Positions 11,275 through 25,462 of a stretch of DNA of 64,000 nt are shown one piece after another. The translations under genes were made by a program, and so were the position numbers. Each line of letters begins with the position of its first letter. Position 1 is the stretch's first letter. Origin of the DNA: Nemertoderma westbladi (taxonomy: Eukaryota > Animalia > Xenacoelomorpha); the NCBI GenBank assembly GCA_032718475.1, contig JAUCBJ010006543.1, positions 1-64,000 of the forward strand, read 5' to 3'. Under the pieces are notes generated by a model. It saw only the letters and a list, made by a program, of their open reading frames with translations, had not been told where the DNA came from and did not search any database.

Positions 11275-14200
11275 CTCCGCACCTCGTAAAGCTTCCAACT
11301 TCACAACCAAACCACTACACCACGTAATGCTGTCACACTTCACAACACCCCCCCCTCACTGCACCTCGTAACGTTATGTCACAATTCACAACCAATCCAC
11401 TACACCACGTAATGCTGTCACACTTCACAACACCCCCCCCCCCCCTCACTGCACCTCGTAACGTTATGTCACACTTCACAAACAATCCACTACACCACGT
11501 AATGCTGTCACACTTCACAACACCCCCCCCTCACTGCACCTCGTAACGTTATGTCACACTTCACAACCAATCCACTACACCTCGTAACGCTACCTCACAC
11601 TTCACAACCAATCCACTACACCACGTAATGCTGTTTCACTTCACAACACCCCCCACCCTCACTACACCTCTAACGCATCTCACACTTTACAACCAATCCA
11701 CTGCACCTCGTAACGCTATGTCACACTTCACAACCAATCCACTACACCTCGTAACGCTACCTCACACTTCACAACCAATCCACTACACCACGTAATGCTG
11801 TCACACTTCACAACACCCCCCCCCTCACTGCACCTCGTAACGCTATGTCACACTTCACAACCAATCCACTACACCTCGTAACGCTACCTCACACTTCACA
11901 ACCAATCCACTACACCACGTAATGCTGTTACACTTCACAACACCCCCCACCCTCACTACACCTCTAACGCTATCTCACACTTTACAACAAATCCACTACA
12001 CCTCGTAACGCTATCTCACACTTCACAACCAATCCACTACACCACGTAATGCTGTCACACTTCACAACACCCCCACCCTCACTACACCTTGTAACGCTAT
12101 GTCACACTTCACAAACCCCCCTTTACAAAACTCGTGACGTCACAACACACCCCACTACACGACGTAACGCTATATCACACTTCATAACCAATCCACTACA
12201 CCTCGTAACGCTACCTCACACTTTACAACCAATCCACTACACCTCGTAACGCTACCTCACACTTCACAACCAATCCACTACACCTCGTAACGCTACCTCA
12301 CACTTCACAACCAATCCACTACACCACGTAATGCTGTTACACTTCACAACACCCCCCACCCTCACTACACCTCTAACGCTATCTCACACTTTACAACAAA
12401 TCCACTACACCTCGTAACGCTATCTCACACTTCACAACCAATCCACTACACCACGTAATGCTGTCACACTTCACAACACCCCCCCCCCTCACTGCACCTC
12501 GTAACGTTATGTCACAATTCACAACCAATCCACTACACCACGTAATGCTGTCACACTTCACAACACCCCCCCCCCCTCACTGCACCTCGTAACGTTATGT
12601 CACACTTCACAAACAATCCACTACACCACGTAATGCTGTCACACTTCACAACACCCCCCCCTCACTGCACCTCGTAACGTTATGTCACACTTCACAACCA
12701 ATCCACTACACCTCGTAACGCTACCTCACACTTCACAACCAATCCACTACACCACGTAATGCTGTTTCACTTCACAACACCCCCCACCCTCACTACACCT
12801 CTAACGCATCTCACACTTTACAACCAATCCACTGCACCTCGTAACGCTATGTCACACTTCACAACCAATCCACTACACCTCGTAACGCTACCTCACACTT
12901 CACAACCAATCCACTACACCACGTAATGCTGTCACACTTCACAACACCCCCACCCTCACTACACCTTGTAACGCTATGTCACACTTCACAAACCCCCCTT
13001 TACAAAACTCGTGACGTCACAACACACCCCACTACACGACGTAACGCTATATCACACTTCATAACCAATCCACTACACCTCGTAACGCTACCTCACACTT
13101 TACAACCAATCCACTACACCTCGTAACGCTATCTCACACTTCACAACCAATCCACTACACCTCATAACGCTATGTCACACTATACAACCAATCCAATACA
13201 CCTCGTAACGCTATCTCACACTTCACAACCAATCCACTACACCACGTAATGCTGTCACACTTCACAACACCCCCCACCCTCACTACACCTCGTAACGCTA
13301 TGTCACACTTCACAAACAATCCACTACACCACGTAATGCTGTCACACTTCACAACACCCCCCCTCACTGCACCTCGTAACGCTATGTCACACTTCACAAC
13401 CAATCCACTACACTTCGTAATACTGTCACACTTCACAACACCCCCCCTCACTGCACCTCGTAACGCTATGTCACACTTCACAACCAATCCACTACACCTC
13501 GTAACGCTACCTCACACTTCTCAACCAATCCACTACACCACGTAATGCTGTCACACTTCACAACACCCCCCACCCTCACTACACCTCGTAACGCTATGTC
13601 ACACTTTACAACCAATCCACTACACCTCGTAACGCTATCTCACACTTCACAACCAATCCACTACACCACGTAATGCTGTCACACTTCACAACACCCCCCT
13701 CACTGCACCTCGTAACGCTATGTCACACTTCACAACCAATCCACTACACCTCGTAACGCTACCTCACACTTCACAACCAATCCACTACACCACGTAATGC
13801 TGTCACACTTTACAACACTCCCCACCCTCACTACACCTCGTAACGCTATGTCACACATTACAACCAATCCACTACACCTCGTAATGCTATCTCACACTTC
13901 ACAACCAATCTACTACACCACGTAATGCTGTCACACTTCACAACACCCCCCCTCACTGCACCTCGTAACGTTATGTCACACTTCACAACCAATCCACTAC
14001 ACCTCGTAACGCTACCTCACACTTCACAACCAATCCACTACACCACGTAATGCTGTTTCACTTCACAACACCCCCCACCCTCACTACACCTCTAACGCAT
14101 CTCACACTTTACAACCAATCCACTGCACCTCGTAACGCTATGTCACACTTCACAACCAATCCACTACACCTCGTAACGCTACCTCACACTTCACAACCAA

Positions 14201-17200
14201 TCCACTACACCACGTAATGCTGTCACACTTCACAACACCCCCCCCTCACTGCACCTCGTAACGCTATGTCACACTTCACAACCAATCCACTACACCTCGT
14301 AACGCTACCTCACACTTCACAACCAATCCATTACACCACGTAATGCTGTTACACTTCACAACACCCCCCACCCTCACTACACCTCTAACGCTATCTCACA
14401 CTTTACAACAAATCCACTACACCTCGTAACGCTATCTCACACTTCACAACCAATCCACTACACCACGTAATGCTGTCACACTTCACAACACCCCCACCCT
14501 CACTACACCTTGTAACGCTATGTCACACTTCACAAACCCCCCTTTACAAAACTCGTGACGTCACAACACACCCCACTACACGACGTAACGCTATATCACA
14601 CTTCATAACCAATCCACTACACCTCGTAACGCTACCTCACACTTTACAACCAATCCACTACACCTCGTAACGCTATCTCACACTTCACAACCAATCCACT
14701 ACACCTCATAACGCTATGTCACACTATACAACCAATCCAATACACCTCGTAACGCTATCTCACACTTCACAACCAATCCACTACACCACGTAATGCTGTC
14801 ACACTTCACAACACCCCCCACCCTCACTACACCTCGTAACGCTATGTCACACTTCACAAACAATCCACTACACCACGTAATGCTGTCACACTTCACAACA
14901 CCCCCCCTCACTGCACCTAGTAACGCTATGTCACACTTCACAACCAATCCACTACACTTCGTAATACTGTCACACTTCACAACACCCCCCCTCACTGCAC
15001 CTCGTAACGCTATGTCACACTTAAGGTCTTAAGGTCCGATTATTTAGAGCAGCAGTAGTTCCAGTACTCCTCTACGGGAGTCCATGCTGGGCTCTAACTG
15101 CTGAGGACACCAAATCTCTGGATGGCACATTCACAAGAATGCTACGCCGGGTACATTGTGTCAAGTACAATGCACACATCTCCAACCAGACACTATATAA
15201 CATTGGAGGTGTCTCATTGGTTCCCCCAAGCTTGACACTAGAACAAAATCGCCTCCGCTTTGCAGGACATTGCTTTCGCCGTGAGGACCAGCCAGTGCAT
15301 AATCTTGTACTTTGGCAGCCTCATGGAGTGAATAAGCATGGTGGACAGCCCATGACTTTCTTGAGACGCATCTTAAAGGACACTGGCCTTAAAGATGCGG
15401 ATGATCTAGCAAATGTCATGGGTGATAGGGAGTTGTGGCGGTGCAATTTTGTTGACAAGCCGGCACAGCATTCTTAAAAATGCAGCTGCAATGCAGCATG
15501 CCGATCCTAGTAGTAGTAGTAGTAGTAGTACTAGTAGTATGTCACACTTCACAACCAATCCACTACACCTCGTAACGCTACCTCACACTTCTCAACCAAT
15601 CCACTACACCACGTAATGCTGTCACACTTCACAACACCCCCCACCCCCACTACAACTCGTAACGCTATGTCACACTTTACAACCAATCCACTACACCTCG
15701 TAACGCTATCTCACACTTCACAACCAATCCACTACACCACGTAATGCTGTCACACTTCACAACACCCCCCTCACTGCACCTCGTAACGCTATGTCACACT
15801 TCACAACCAATCCACTACACCTCGTAACGCTACCTCACACTTCACAACCAATCCACTACACCACGTAATGCTGTCACACTTCACAACACCCCCCACCCTC
15901 ACTACACCTCGTAACGCTATGTCACACATTACAACCAATCCACTACACCTCGTAATGCTATCTCACACTTCACAACCAATCTACTACACCACGTAATGCT
16001 GTCACACTTCACAACACCCCCCACCCTCACTATACCTTGTAACGCTATGTCACACTTCACAAGACCCCCATTTACAAAACTCGTGACGTCACAACACACC
16101 CCACTACACGACGTAACGCTATGTCACACTTCACAACCAATCCACTACACCTCGTAACGCTACCTCACACTTTACAACCAATCCACTACACCTCGTAACG
16201 CTATCTCACACTTCACAACCAATCCACTACACCACGTAATGCTGTCACACTTCACAACACCACCCACCCTCACTACACCTCGTAACGCTATGTCACACTT
16301 CACAAGACCCCCATTTACAAAACTCGTGACGTCAAAACACACCCCACTACACGACGTAACGCTATGTCACACTTCACAACCAATCCACTACACCACGTAA
16401 TGCTGTCACACTCCACAACACCCCCCCCCCCCTCACTGCACCTCGTAACGCTATGTAACACTTCACAACCAATCCACTACACCTCGTAACGCTACCTCAC
16501 ACTTCACAACCAATCCACTACACCTCGTAACGCTATCTCACACTTCACAACCAATCCACTACACCACGTAATGCTGTCACACTTCACAACACCACCCACC
16601 CTCACTACACCTCGTAACGCTATGTCACACTTCACAAGACCCCCATTTACAAAACTCGTGACGTCAAAACACACCCCACTACACGACGTAACGCTATGTC
16701 ACACTTCACAACCAATCCACTACACCACGTAATGCTGTCACACTCCACAACACCCCCCCCCCCTCACTGCACCTCGTAACGCTATGTAACACTTCACAAC
16801 CAATCCACTACACCTCGTAACGCTACCTCACACTTCACAACCAATCCACTACACCTCGTAACGCTACCTCACACTTCACAACCAATCCACTACACCACGT
16901 AATGCTGTCACACTTCACAACACCCCCACCCTCACTACACCTCGTAACGCTATGTCACACTTTACAACCAATCCACTACACCTCGTAACGCTATCTCACA
17001 CTTCACAACCAATCCACTACACCACGTAATGCTGTCACACTCCACAACACCCCCCCCCTCACCGCACCTCGTAACGCTATGTAACACTTCACAACCAATC
17101 CACTACACCTCGTAACGCTACCTCACACTTCACAACCAATCCACTACACCTCGTAACGCTACCTCACACTTCACAACCAATCCACTACACCACGTAATGC

Positions 17201-18603
17201 TGTCACACTTCACAACACCCCCCCTCACTGCACCTCGTAACGCTATGTCACACTTTACAACAAATCTACTACACCTCGTAACGCTATCTCACACTTCACA
17301 ACCAATCCACTACACCACGTAATGCTGTCACACTTCACAACACCCCCCCCCCCCTCACTGCACCTCGTAACGCTATGTCACACTTCACAACCAATCCACT
17401 ACACCTCGTAACGCTACCTCACACTTCACAACCAATCCACTACACCACGTAATGCTGTCACACTTCACAACACCCCCCCCCCCCCCACACTGCACATCGC
17501 AACGCTATGTCACACTTTACAACCAATCCACTAGACCTCGTAACGCTATGTCACACTTCACAACCAATCCACTACACCACGTAATGCTGTCACACTCCAC
17601 AACACCCCCCCCCCCCTCACTGCACCTCGTAACGCTATGTAACACTTCACAACCAATCCACTACACCTCGTAACGCTACCTCACACTTCACAACCAATCC
17701 ACTACACCTCGTAACGCTACCTCACACTTCACAACCAATCCACTACACCACGTAATGCTGTCACACTTCACAACACCCCCACCCTCACTACACCTCGTAA
17801 CGCTATGTCACACTTTACAACCAATCCACTACACCTCGTAACGCTATCTCACACTTCACAACCAATCCACTACACCACGTAATGCTGTCACACTCCACAA
17901 CACCCCCCCCCCTCACCGCACCTCGTAACGCTATGTAACACTTCACAACCAATCCACTACACCTCGTAACGCTACCTCACACTTCACAACCAATCCACTA
18001 CACCTCGTAACGCTACCTCACACTTCACAACCAATCCACTACACCACGTAATGCTGTCACACTTCACAACACCCCCCCTCACTGCACCTCGTAACGCTAT
18101 GTCACACTTTACAACAAATCTACTACACCTCGTAACGCTATCTCACACTTCACAACCAATCCACTACACAACGTAATGCTGTCACACTTCACAACACCCC
18201 CCCCCCCTCACTGCACCTCGTAACGCTATGTCACACTTCACAACCAATCCACTACACCTCGTAACGCTACCTCACACTTCACAACCAATCCACTACACCA
18301 CGTAATGCTGTCACACTTCACAACACCCCCCCCCCCACACTGCACATCGCAACGCTATGTCACACTTTACAACCAATCCACTAGACCTCGTAACGCTATG
18401 TCACACTTCACAACCAATCCAGTACATCTCGTAATGCTACCTCACACTTCACAACCAAACCACTACACCACGTAATGCTGTTACACTTAAAAACACCCCC
18501 CACCCTCACTACACCTCGTAACGCTATGTCACACTTTACAACCAATCCACTACACCTCGTAACGCTATGTCACACTTCGCAAGACCCCCCTTTACAAAAC
18601 TCG
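11275..18603. repeat. Satellite array of ~41-bp monomers with C-run variants and higher-order repeats
   Basis: Unit tcacaaccaatccactacacctcgtaacgctacctcacact and variants. Identical spurious ORFs recur at 12049, 12926 and 14470; 13249 versus 14793 gives a 1544-bp period. Confidence 0.97.
15023..15537 (+). mobile_element. 5'-truncated RTE-clade LINE inserted in the satellite
   Basis: Encodes KVRLFRAAVVPVLLYG..W..T..RMLRR..RLRFAGHCFR..LVLWQP.G. It has a (TAG)n tail and a 12-bp TSD tatgtcacactt (15011-15022 / 15538-15549). Confidence 0.92.
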
Positions 18604-19757
18604 CGCCATAAACAAAACAGTCAGAAATTTATTTCGTTTACCTTTATTTAATGTTGAAACTGGTTTTCCTAACAGCGCCAGTGCTATGCTTGTTAATCTA
18701 GGTATTAAATCACTTATTGAAATACATAGACATGCTCTATGTAGTTTGCATATACGTGTTGATAAATCTATAAACTCAATTATCTCTACTGTTCGCTTGG
18801 TGTGTCGCCCAGTCTCAGTATTATATAGTAACTTCATAACATTATGTAGATAGTCCAATTACTAATTTATTTTACGTCCTAATTAAACTTTACTATACTA
18901 TAATACTCTGTGCTAAATATTAATATATATCTATCTTTTACTGTACCATATCGGCTGCAATATGCTGAAATAAAGAAAAAAAAAAAAAATAATAATCATT
19001 CCGAAAATATATTTATAAAAAAAATTTATAAAAATATATTTCCTCTAAATTTAAATTTAATACCCATATATTTTATCTCATTCCATATGAAATCCAGTCT
19101 GTATTAATTATAATTATGTCCATAATTATTAGCAATGCCCCTTTAATGGAATATTTCTTATCTATTATATTTTTAAGTCTAACATTAAAATACAGAAATA
19201 ATATTAATTCGGTGTATTTTAATGTACTTTATTTATTGACTCACATTTTAAAATACGTATGTTTTTAACTATTATTTTACCTTTATTACTTTACCTATTA
19301 CCTTTACTATTACTTATACTTAGAACTATCTAACTGTATTAACTAAAGTTAATTTGTCAGCATATTTTATCTTTGTTTAAGTTACAGAATGGTGTAAATT
19401 TATATTAATAAATAATAATAATAATATTACATTAGTTATTATTTATAAATATAATGTAGAACTTCGATCTTGACGACTTTCAAACAGGTGCGGAGAAGTT
19501 CCTACTGACAACTCCTCTTGTAACGAACGTAACAACTACAAAACAAATATATTGAATAACTTATTATTAATCGCTTATTTAAGGGAGTAAAGTGAATCTT
19601 TGGGCCAAAACGTCCGACAAGCAAATCTTGTATTTCATTCATTGGGCCGAAACGTCCTAGGCCAAAACGTCTTAGACCGATAGGTCTGTTACCCTTCGCC
19701 AGCGAATTTGTAGGAGAGTGATAGGATTAATTAAAGGAATGATAGTGGAGTTTATTA

Positions 19758-19760
<3 letters not shown>

Positions 19761-19802
<42 letters not shown>

Positions 19803-20241
19803 TAAATCACGAAACATGAAATTTAATTTTTTCTAGAATCCCCTTATGTATTATATGAGGCCTATATAACATTAATTCTTTTATTAATAATATCTCGACT
19901 CAATGTAAATAATAATAATATCTCGACTCAATGTAAATAAATCAAATTTATCGTCAGCTCTGAGTTTATTAAACTTTATTACTAAACGGGTTCAGAAAAA
20001 AAAAAAAGAGTTAAAAGGTAAAAAGAGTTCAGGGTCCATCGAATAGGTCACCCGGAGAGGGACAGCCCGTCGCCATAACAGACGCCGCGTTGCCCACTAG
20101 AATGGCCACCTGAATCCGCTGTAGGAGGAAGCGGAGTGAGCGGGGTTCGTGGGTGAACGCGTGCATTCGGGAGCCAACCTCCAGGAGGAAGGCCGCAGTC
20201 TCTGGGCCGGGGCGGCCGAGGGTCTCAAAGGCCACAGGTGG
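19761..20241 (-). mobile_element. 5'-truncated CRE-clade (restriction-like endonuclease) non-LTR retrotransposon with poly(A) tail
   Basis: PVAFETLG.PG.E..FLLQRIQVAILVGNAASV matches the RLE C-terminus typical of CRE elements. A ~42-nt poly(T) lies on the plus strand. TSD tttattaagtt at 19751 and 20252. Confidence 0.82.
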
Positions 20242-20939
20242 CCCGTACAACTTTATTAAGTTGTACGGGAGAAGGATTTTATTGGTTTTGACACTTTTAA
20301 TTTATGTGGTTGCGTGTTTCAGATCAAAGGGAATTGGAAATTAATGGATGCAGTAGGTTAGGCGGAATAGCGGGATTTGGTAGAACTAAGGAGAGTAGAC
20401 GCACCTCCCCATCCCCTTCCCTCACCAGCCACATCCATATCTCTACCACAAACTGCTGTCACAGCAGCCAATGTATTGGTACATTAGATTGATACAAAAG
20501 CAACCTGGTTTACTGCCCAGCCCATCTCCAACCAATAATATTAGTTACTGGAATTATCCATCTATAGGATAGACATAGGACATATGAGCTATCGGTTTAA
20601 CCAATTATAATTAACCTCCGCTACCAACAACATTATAACTAACACCCCAGCAATGCCCCTTTCCAGATATCATCTGCACTATTGATCAGAAGCGCTATTG
20701 ATTGGCTAATATCCTTGTTTTGCTTTGGTTGAATAATACCTTAGGCTTTAGTATATTAGGAAACCAACTACAACATTATTTTAGTTAGGCCTAGTGTATT
20801 GGGTTAGCTAGTGTATTGGGTTATTTTTAATATGTTGCAATGCCAGTACTCCTTCACAGACTGATGGTGTACTGGTAAACTACCTACCCTAAACCCTACT
20901 GGTACCGGTACAGGACTAGCTGATTGGTAATATCTGATT

Positions 20940-21137
20940 ATATTAATTCTGATAAAATTAAAACCCAACCACATAATTTAATAGGCCTATACCGGTACGG
21001 TAGGTACCTTGTACCTGCTGTGCTCACTCTTATCTGTTAAATATTAATTCTCATAAAATTAAAACCCAACCACCTAATTTAATAGGCCTATACCGGTACC
21101 TTGTACCTGAACCTGCTCTGCTCACTCTTATCTGTTA
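20940..21137. repeat. ~100-bp tandem duplication
   Basis: tattaattct..aaaacccaaccac..ataggcctataccggta..gctcactcttatctgtta occurs twice. Confidence 0.85.
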
Positions 21138-21763
21138 TCTTCAACTCTATTCACTTCACTGCATTATTTAAACAAGATTCTTTATAATCCTTAGTTAGGT
21201 TATCTAATATAATAAATAATGTAGTCTACAGTATTCTATATTGTTGCGAATTGCTACACACTACCGGTACTAGTGCTGTAGTGAGTTCTACATAATATAC
21301 CGATACGGTACATCTGTGTATATTGTTACTTCTTTAGTATCTAGTAGGTGTACTTATCTGACTCGTAGGAAGTTAGTTTTATTGACTGAGACCTCCAACT
21401 AACACAATTTTTTATGGAACAAGTAGTGGGCCTATTGCCTGTATCTTTATTTGACACAGACGGTTTTGTACAAAAGGCCTGTCAGCTACCAATTCTACAT
21501 ACATTGGTTATCAATTTGTAATTTATAATATTTAATATAAAAAAAAATCCTTAGTTAATATTTATTGGTTAATTATTAGTAGGCCTACACTACAGTAAGT
21601 TGGTTTATTGATTATTAACTTTACATGCTTAGCTATATTTCAACCTGTGCATCATTAAAAAAAATCTAAATTAATATATACCAGTATAGTAATTAATTTA
21701 CTATAATAAATAATATAATAATAATAATAATAATAATTATTATTATATTTCACCTTTTATTAA

Positions 21764-23138
21764 CCCTTATTGTACACCTGGGGTCAAAAACGACCCCAGT
21801 GACCTAAATCTCTAATTTTTTCTTCAATAGTTGTATGTGGGGTTCTGAACTTGATAGTACCTTCCTAGCACATGTAATTCTATGAAATACCATGAATATT
21901 TGTTTTGTTTATCTATTTGATATAAAAATAAACACCTCTTTTTTAGCAACACTCCCTGTGACCGCCTGGGGTCAATAATGACCCCACTGATAAAATCAAA
22001 TACAGGTTAGGGTGCACCTGCTCCTTTTTTTCGAAATTGGTGTTCTAGATAGTTTTATTTTGTTACACACCCCAAAAAATTGTTCCATGCCAAATTTTAT
22101 GAAAATTGAACAATGTCTAGAGGGTACACACTCACACAAAGCACATGGCCAATTCCCGCCCCTTGGTGCAAGTGAGTCATATTCCCTATTTTTGTGATGA
22201 TCAACTTCTAGTATTCCTACTGCATTGATATTATGCTCATGAGAACCACAATGACCGATTTAGTTGTGTAGACACCTTCAAAACAAGCATAGAGCGAATA
22301 GTTTTTGAGATATTGCAGAAAATGTGAAGTCCAGTACAAGTCAACATTAGCACTTTGATGCGATATTGACAAATACACTAAAAATTATACTTCTAACTAT
22401 CTCAAGGCATCCAGAATTTACACATAACTGCAATCTCAATTTAGGTGATGTTGACCAGTTGACACTCTAAAAACTTGAGTTGAGTCATTTGTTCTCGAGT
22501 TATTGTACAAAATGTCTGGACTAGGTCAACTCAATATAAGGTCATTGGTGGACCTAGCCTTGACATTTTGTACAATAACTCGAGAACTAATCACTCAGCT
22601 AATATTTTTACAGTGTCAACATCACCTAAATTGATCATTGCAGTTATGTGTAAATTCTGGATGCCTTGAGATATTTAGAAGTATCATTTTTAGTGCATTT
22701 TGTCGATATCGCATCAAGGCGCTAATGTTGACTTGTGCCGGACTTCACATTTTATGCAATATCTCAAAAAATATTCACTCTATGCTTGTTTTGATGGTGT
22801 CTACACCAACTAAATCGGTCATTGCAGTTCTAATCAGCATAATATCAATGCAGTAGGAAAACTAGAAGTTGATCATCACAAAAATTGGGAATATGACTCA
22901 CTTGCGCCAAGGGCGGGAACTGGCCATATGCTTTTAGTGTGAGTGTGGACCCTCCAGACATTGTTCAATTTTCATAAAATCTGGCATGGAACACTGTTTT
23001 GGGGAGTGTAACAAAATAAAGACATGAAGAAACTGTAGACCTACCATTTATTGGGGAAAAAATCACATTCAACTGAATGGGATCAAAAACGACCCCAGGT
23101 GGTGGAAGTGGCACTTTTACCACGTGTACATAGGAGGG
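21764..23138. mobile_element. Non-autonomous piggyBac-type element with a palindromic interior
   Basis: TTAA|CCCT...tgtacac at the left and gtgtacataggAGGG|TTAA at the right. Subterminal ggggtcaaaaacgacccc motifs; long inverted arms centred near 22540. Confidence 0.88.
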
Positions 23139-23142
23139 TTAA

Positions 23143-24110
23143 ATAAAATATTTAAAAACAAGGGAGAACATCAAGGTTTACAAAAACACTAACTGATGAC
23201 AATTATACATTAAAAAGACAGACAAACCAAATATACATAGTTCAATCATTAAAAATACTAATCAAAATCATTAATACAGTATAAACTTATATAAAATATA
23301 ACCGAATAAAGTAAAAATAAAATAAGGCAAGTGAACTGATATTAATCTAAATTTCTAACTAATAATAATCTAATATTTTAAAATAACAATATCTTTTACC
23401 CGACTTTTAAAAACATTTATATTGGGAGAGTTAACTACTTCTACAGGTAATTCGTTCCATATATCAACTACGCGATTTGAAAATCTAAATTTACTAATTT
23501 GTAATCTGGCATATCGTTTAAATAATTTGAAATTATGACCTATATTGCTACGTTCACCATTTCCATAAGTAAAAAAATCATCAAAATTTAAATCAACACA
23601 GCTATTTATAATATTGTAAACCATTATTAAATCTGATATGACGGTGCATTTCAAGTGGTTATAACTGTAGTTACGTTAATCGACAAGGTAACTCTTGCGA
23701 TCTAGTTTACAGCGAGCAAAAAGACACTGGGTAAAAAAGCGCTGTACTTGTTCAATCAAGTCAATAGTTCCAACGTTGAATGGTGACTGGTGTACAATAC
23801 TCAAGTAATGGACGCAAATAAGCCTTGTAAGCGGTTAGTAGATCAAAGTATAAAAACATCGGAAAATCATATTAACTATTTTAAATGCTTTTTTTAACTT
23901 GTTCTCTAAAATATAAATTAAATTTTAAATATTGTAATTCCGAGATCACTGCATGACTCATCACTTGGCAATAATTTGTTAAACAAAATATATGGATACA
24001 TGGTGGTACTACTACTTGTTGAAATAATTGAAAATTGAAACTGAACATTTATGGGCAGCAATTGTAATTTGCCACTTAGTCGCCCAGTCTTCCAACTGAT
24101 TCAATGCCAA
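23143..24110 (-). mobile_element. CR1-clade LINE 3' fragment (decayed)
   Basis: DLIMVY.I..GHNFKL..FSNRVVDIWNELP..VV.S..N.FK.R is the typical CR1 ORF2 C-terminus. Confidence 0.85.
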
Positions 24111-24284
24111 ATATTATATGTAATATTATATGTATCTGAGGCAAATCGGAGCAGAACTCAAATTCTGTTTAGCGGTGGTCCAGATGTATAACCCTTGGGC
24201 CAACATGTCTGGTTAATATGAAAATAAATTAACCCGATAAAAGCCCATAACTGAGAAAAAGGCATGTTAAAACCAGTAATTAAG

Positions 24285-24955
24285 AAAAATAAAATTAATG
24301 AATTAAATACCAATAATATAGAAAAAAAAGGCAAGTAAAAACCAGTAATAAAGTAAAAAGGCAAGTAAAAACCGGTAATAAAGTATAGCAAAGTAAAGCA
24401 AGTAAAACTGATAATAAAGAAAAAAAAGATCAAGTGAAAACCGGTATGAAGGAAAAAAGGCAAGTAAAAACCGGTAATAAAGAAAAGGCAAGTAAAAACT
24501 GGAAATGAAGAAAAGAAAGGTCTTAAGTAAAAACCAGTAATAAAGAAAAAAAGGCAAGTAAAAACCAGTAATGAAGAAAAAGGTCTTAAGTAAAAACTGG
24601 TACTAGTAATAAAGAAAAAAAAGGCTAGTAAAAACCGGTAATGAAAAAAAATGCAAATAAAAACCGGAAATAAAGGAAATGGCAAGTAAAAACTGGTAAT
24701 GAAGAAAAAAAGATCTTAAGTAAAAACCGGTTATGAAGAAAAAAGGCTACTAGTAATAAAGAAAAAAAAGGCTAGTAAAAACCGGTAATGAAAAAAAAAA
24801 TGCAAATAAAAAACGGAAATAAAGGAAATGGCAAGTAAAAACTGGTAATGAAGAAAAAAAGATCTTAAGTAAAAACCGGTTATGAAGAAAAAAAGTAAAA
24901 CTGGTAATGAAGAAAAAAGGTCTTAAGTAAAATCTGTTTATGAAGAAAAAAGGTT
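24285..24955. repeat. A-rich ~28-30-bp minisatellite
   Basis: Repeated aaggcaagtaaaaaccggtaataaagaaaa. It generates the F-rich spurious ORFs. Confidence 0.92.
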
Positions 24956-25462
24956 CCAAATGCTTTTATGACTTAAGTTGATATCTGCTCAACTAAACTG
25001 GGGCTAGATCTCCCCCTCCCCCCCCCCCCCCCCCCCAGGGGGCTAAAGGGGCAAGAAAAGAGCTGAAAAAATGGAACGATTCTTAGCAGTGGGTAAGAAA
25101 TGGGTGTGGATTGGTCAGGAGTGGGCTAAATGTACCTTATATATGATTTTGGAGGTTTTGCTGTCACTTTTTGCCATTTCTCATTAAGACCAGCTTATAA
25201 AATGCGAGTGTAGTTCTTATTAGTTGTTTAGCCTGGGCTCTCAGTATAAAAAAAATTCTGCATTATGAAATAAAAAAAAGCTATATGTATATTTTTTGTC
25301 ATCATATATTTGTTATTAAAAATAAAAAAAAGCTTATGTGTATATTTTTTATCATCATTTATTTGTTATTAAAAATAAAGTAAAATCGCTTATATTCTCA
25401 ATTTCTCAGATATCTTATTTCTAAATTATATTTGTTATATTTAATAATTCATGTTAGCAGAT

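Noticed and set aside
11275-18603. CRISPR-like array, or repeat-protein ORFs (MLSHFTT.., VVKCD..)
   Set aside because: There are no unique spacers and no cas genes. The ORFs are by-products of a 41-bp satellite in a eukaryotic context.
24158-24959. Phe-rich membrane-protein-like ORFs (also 46973-47988)
   Set aside because: They are translations of an A-rich minisatellite in several overlapping frames.
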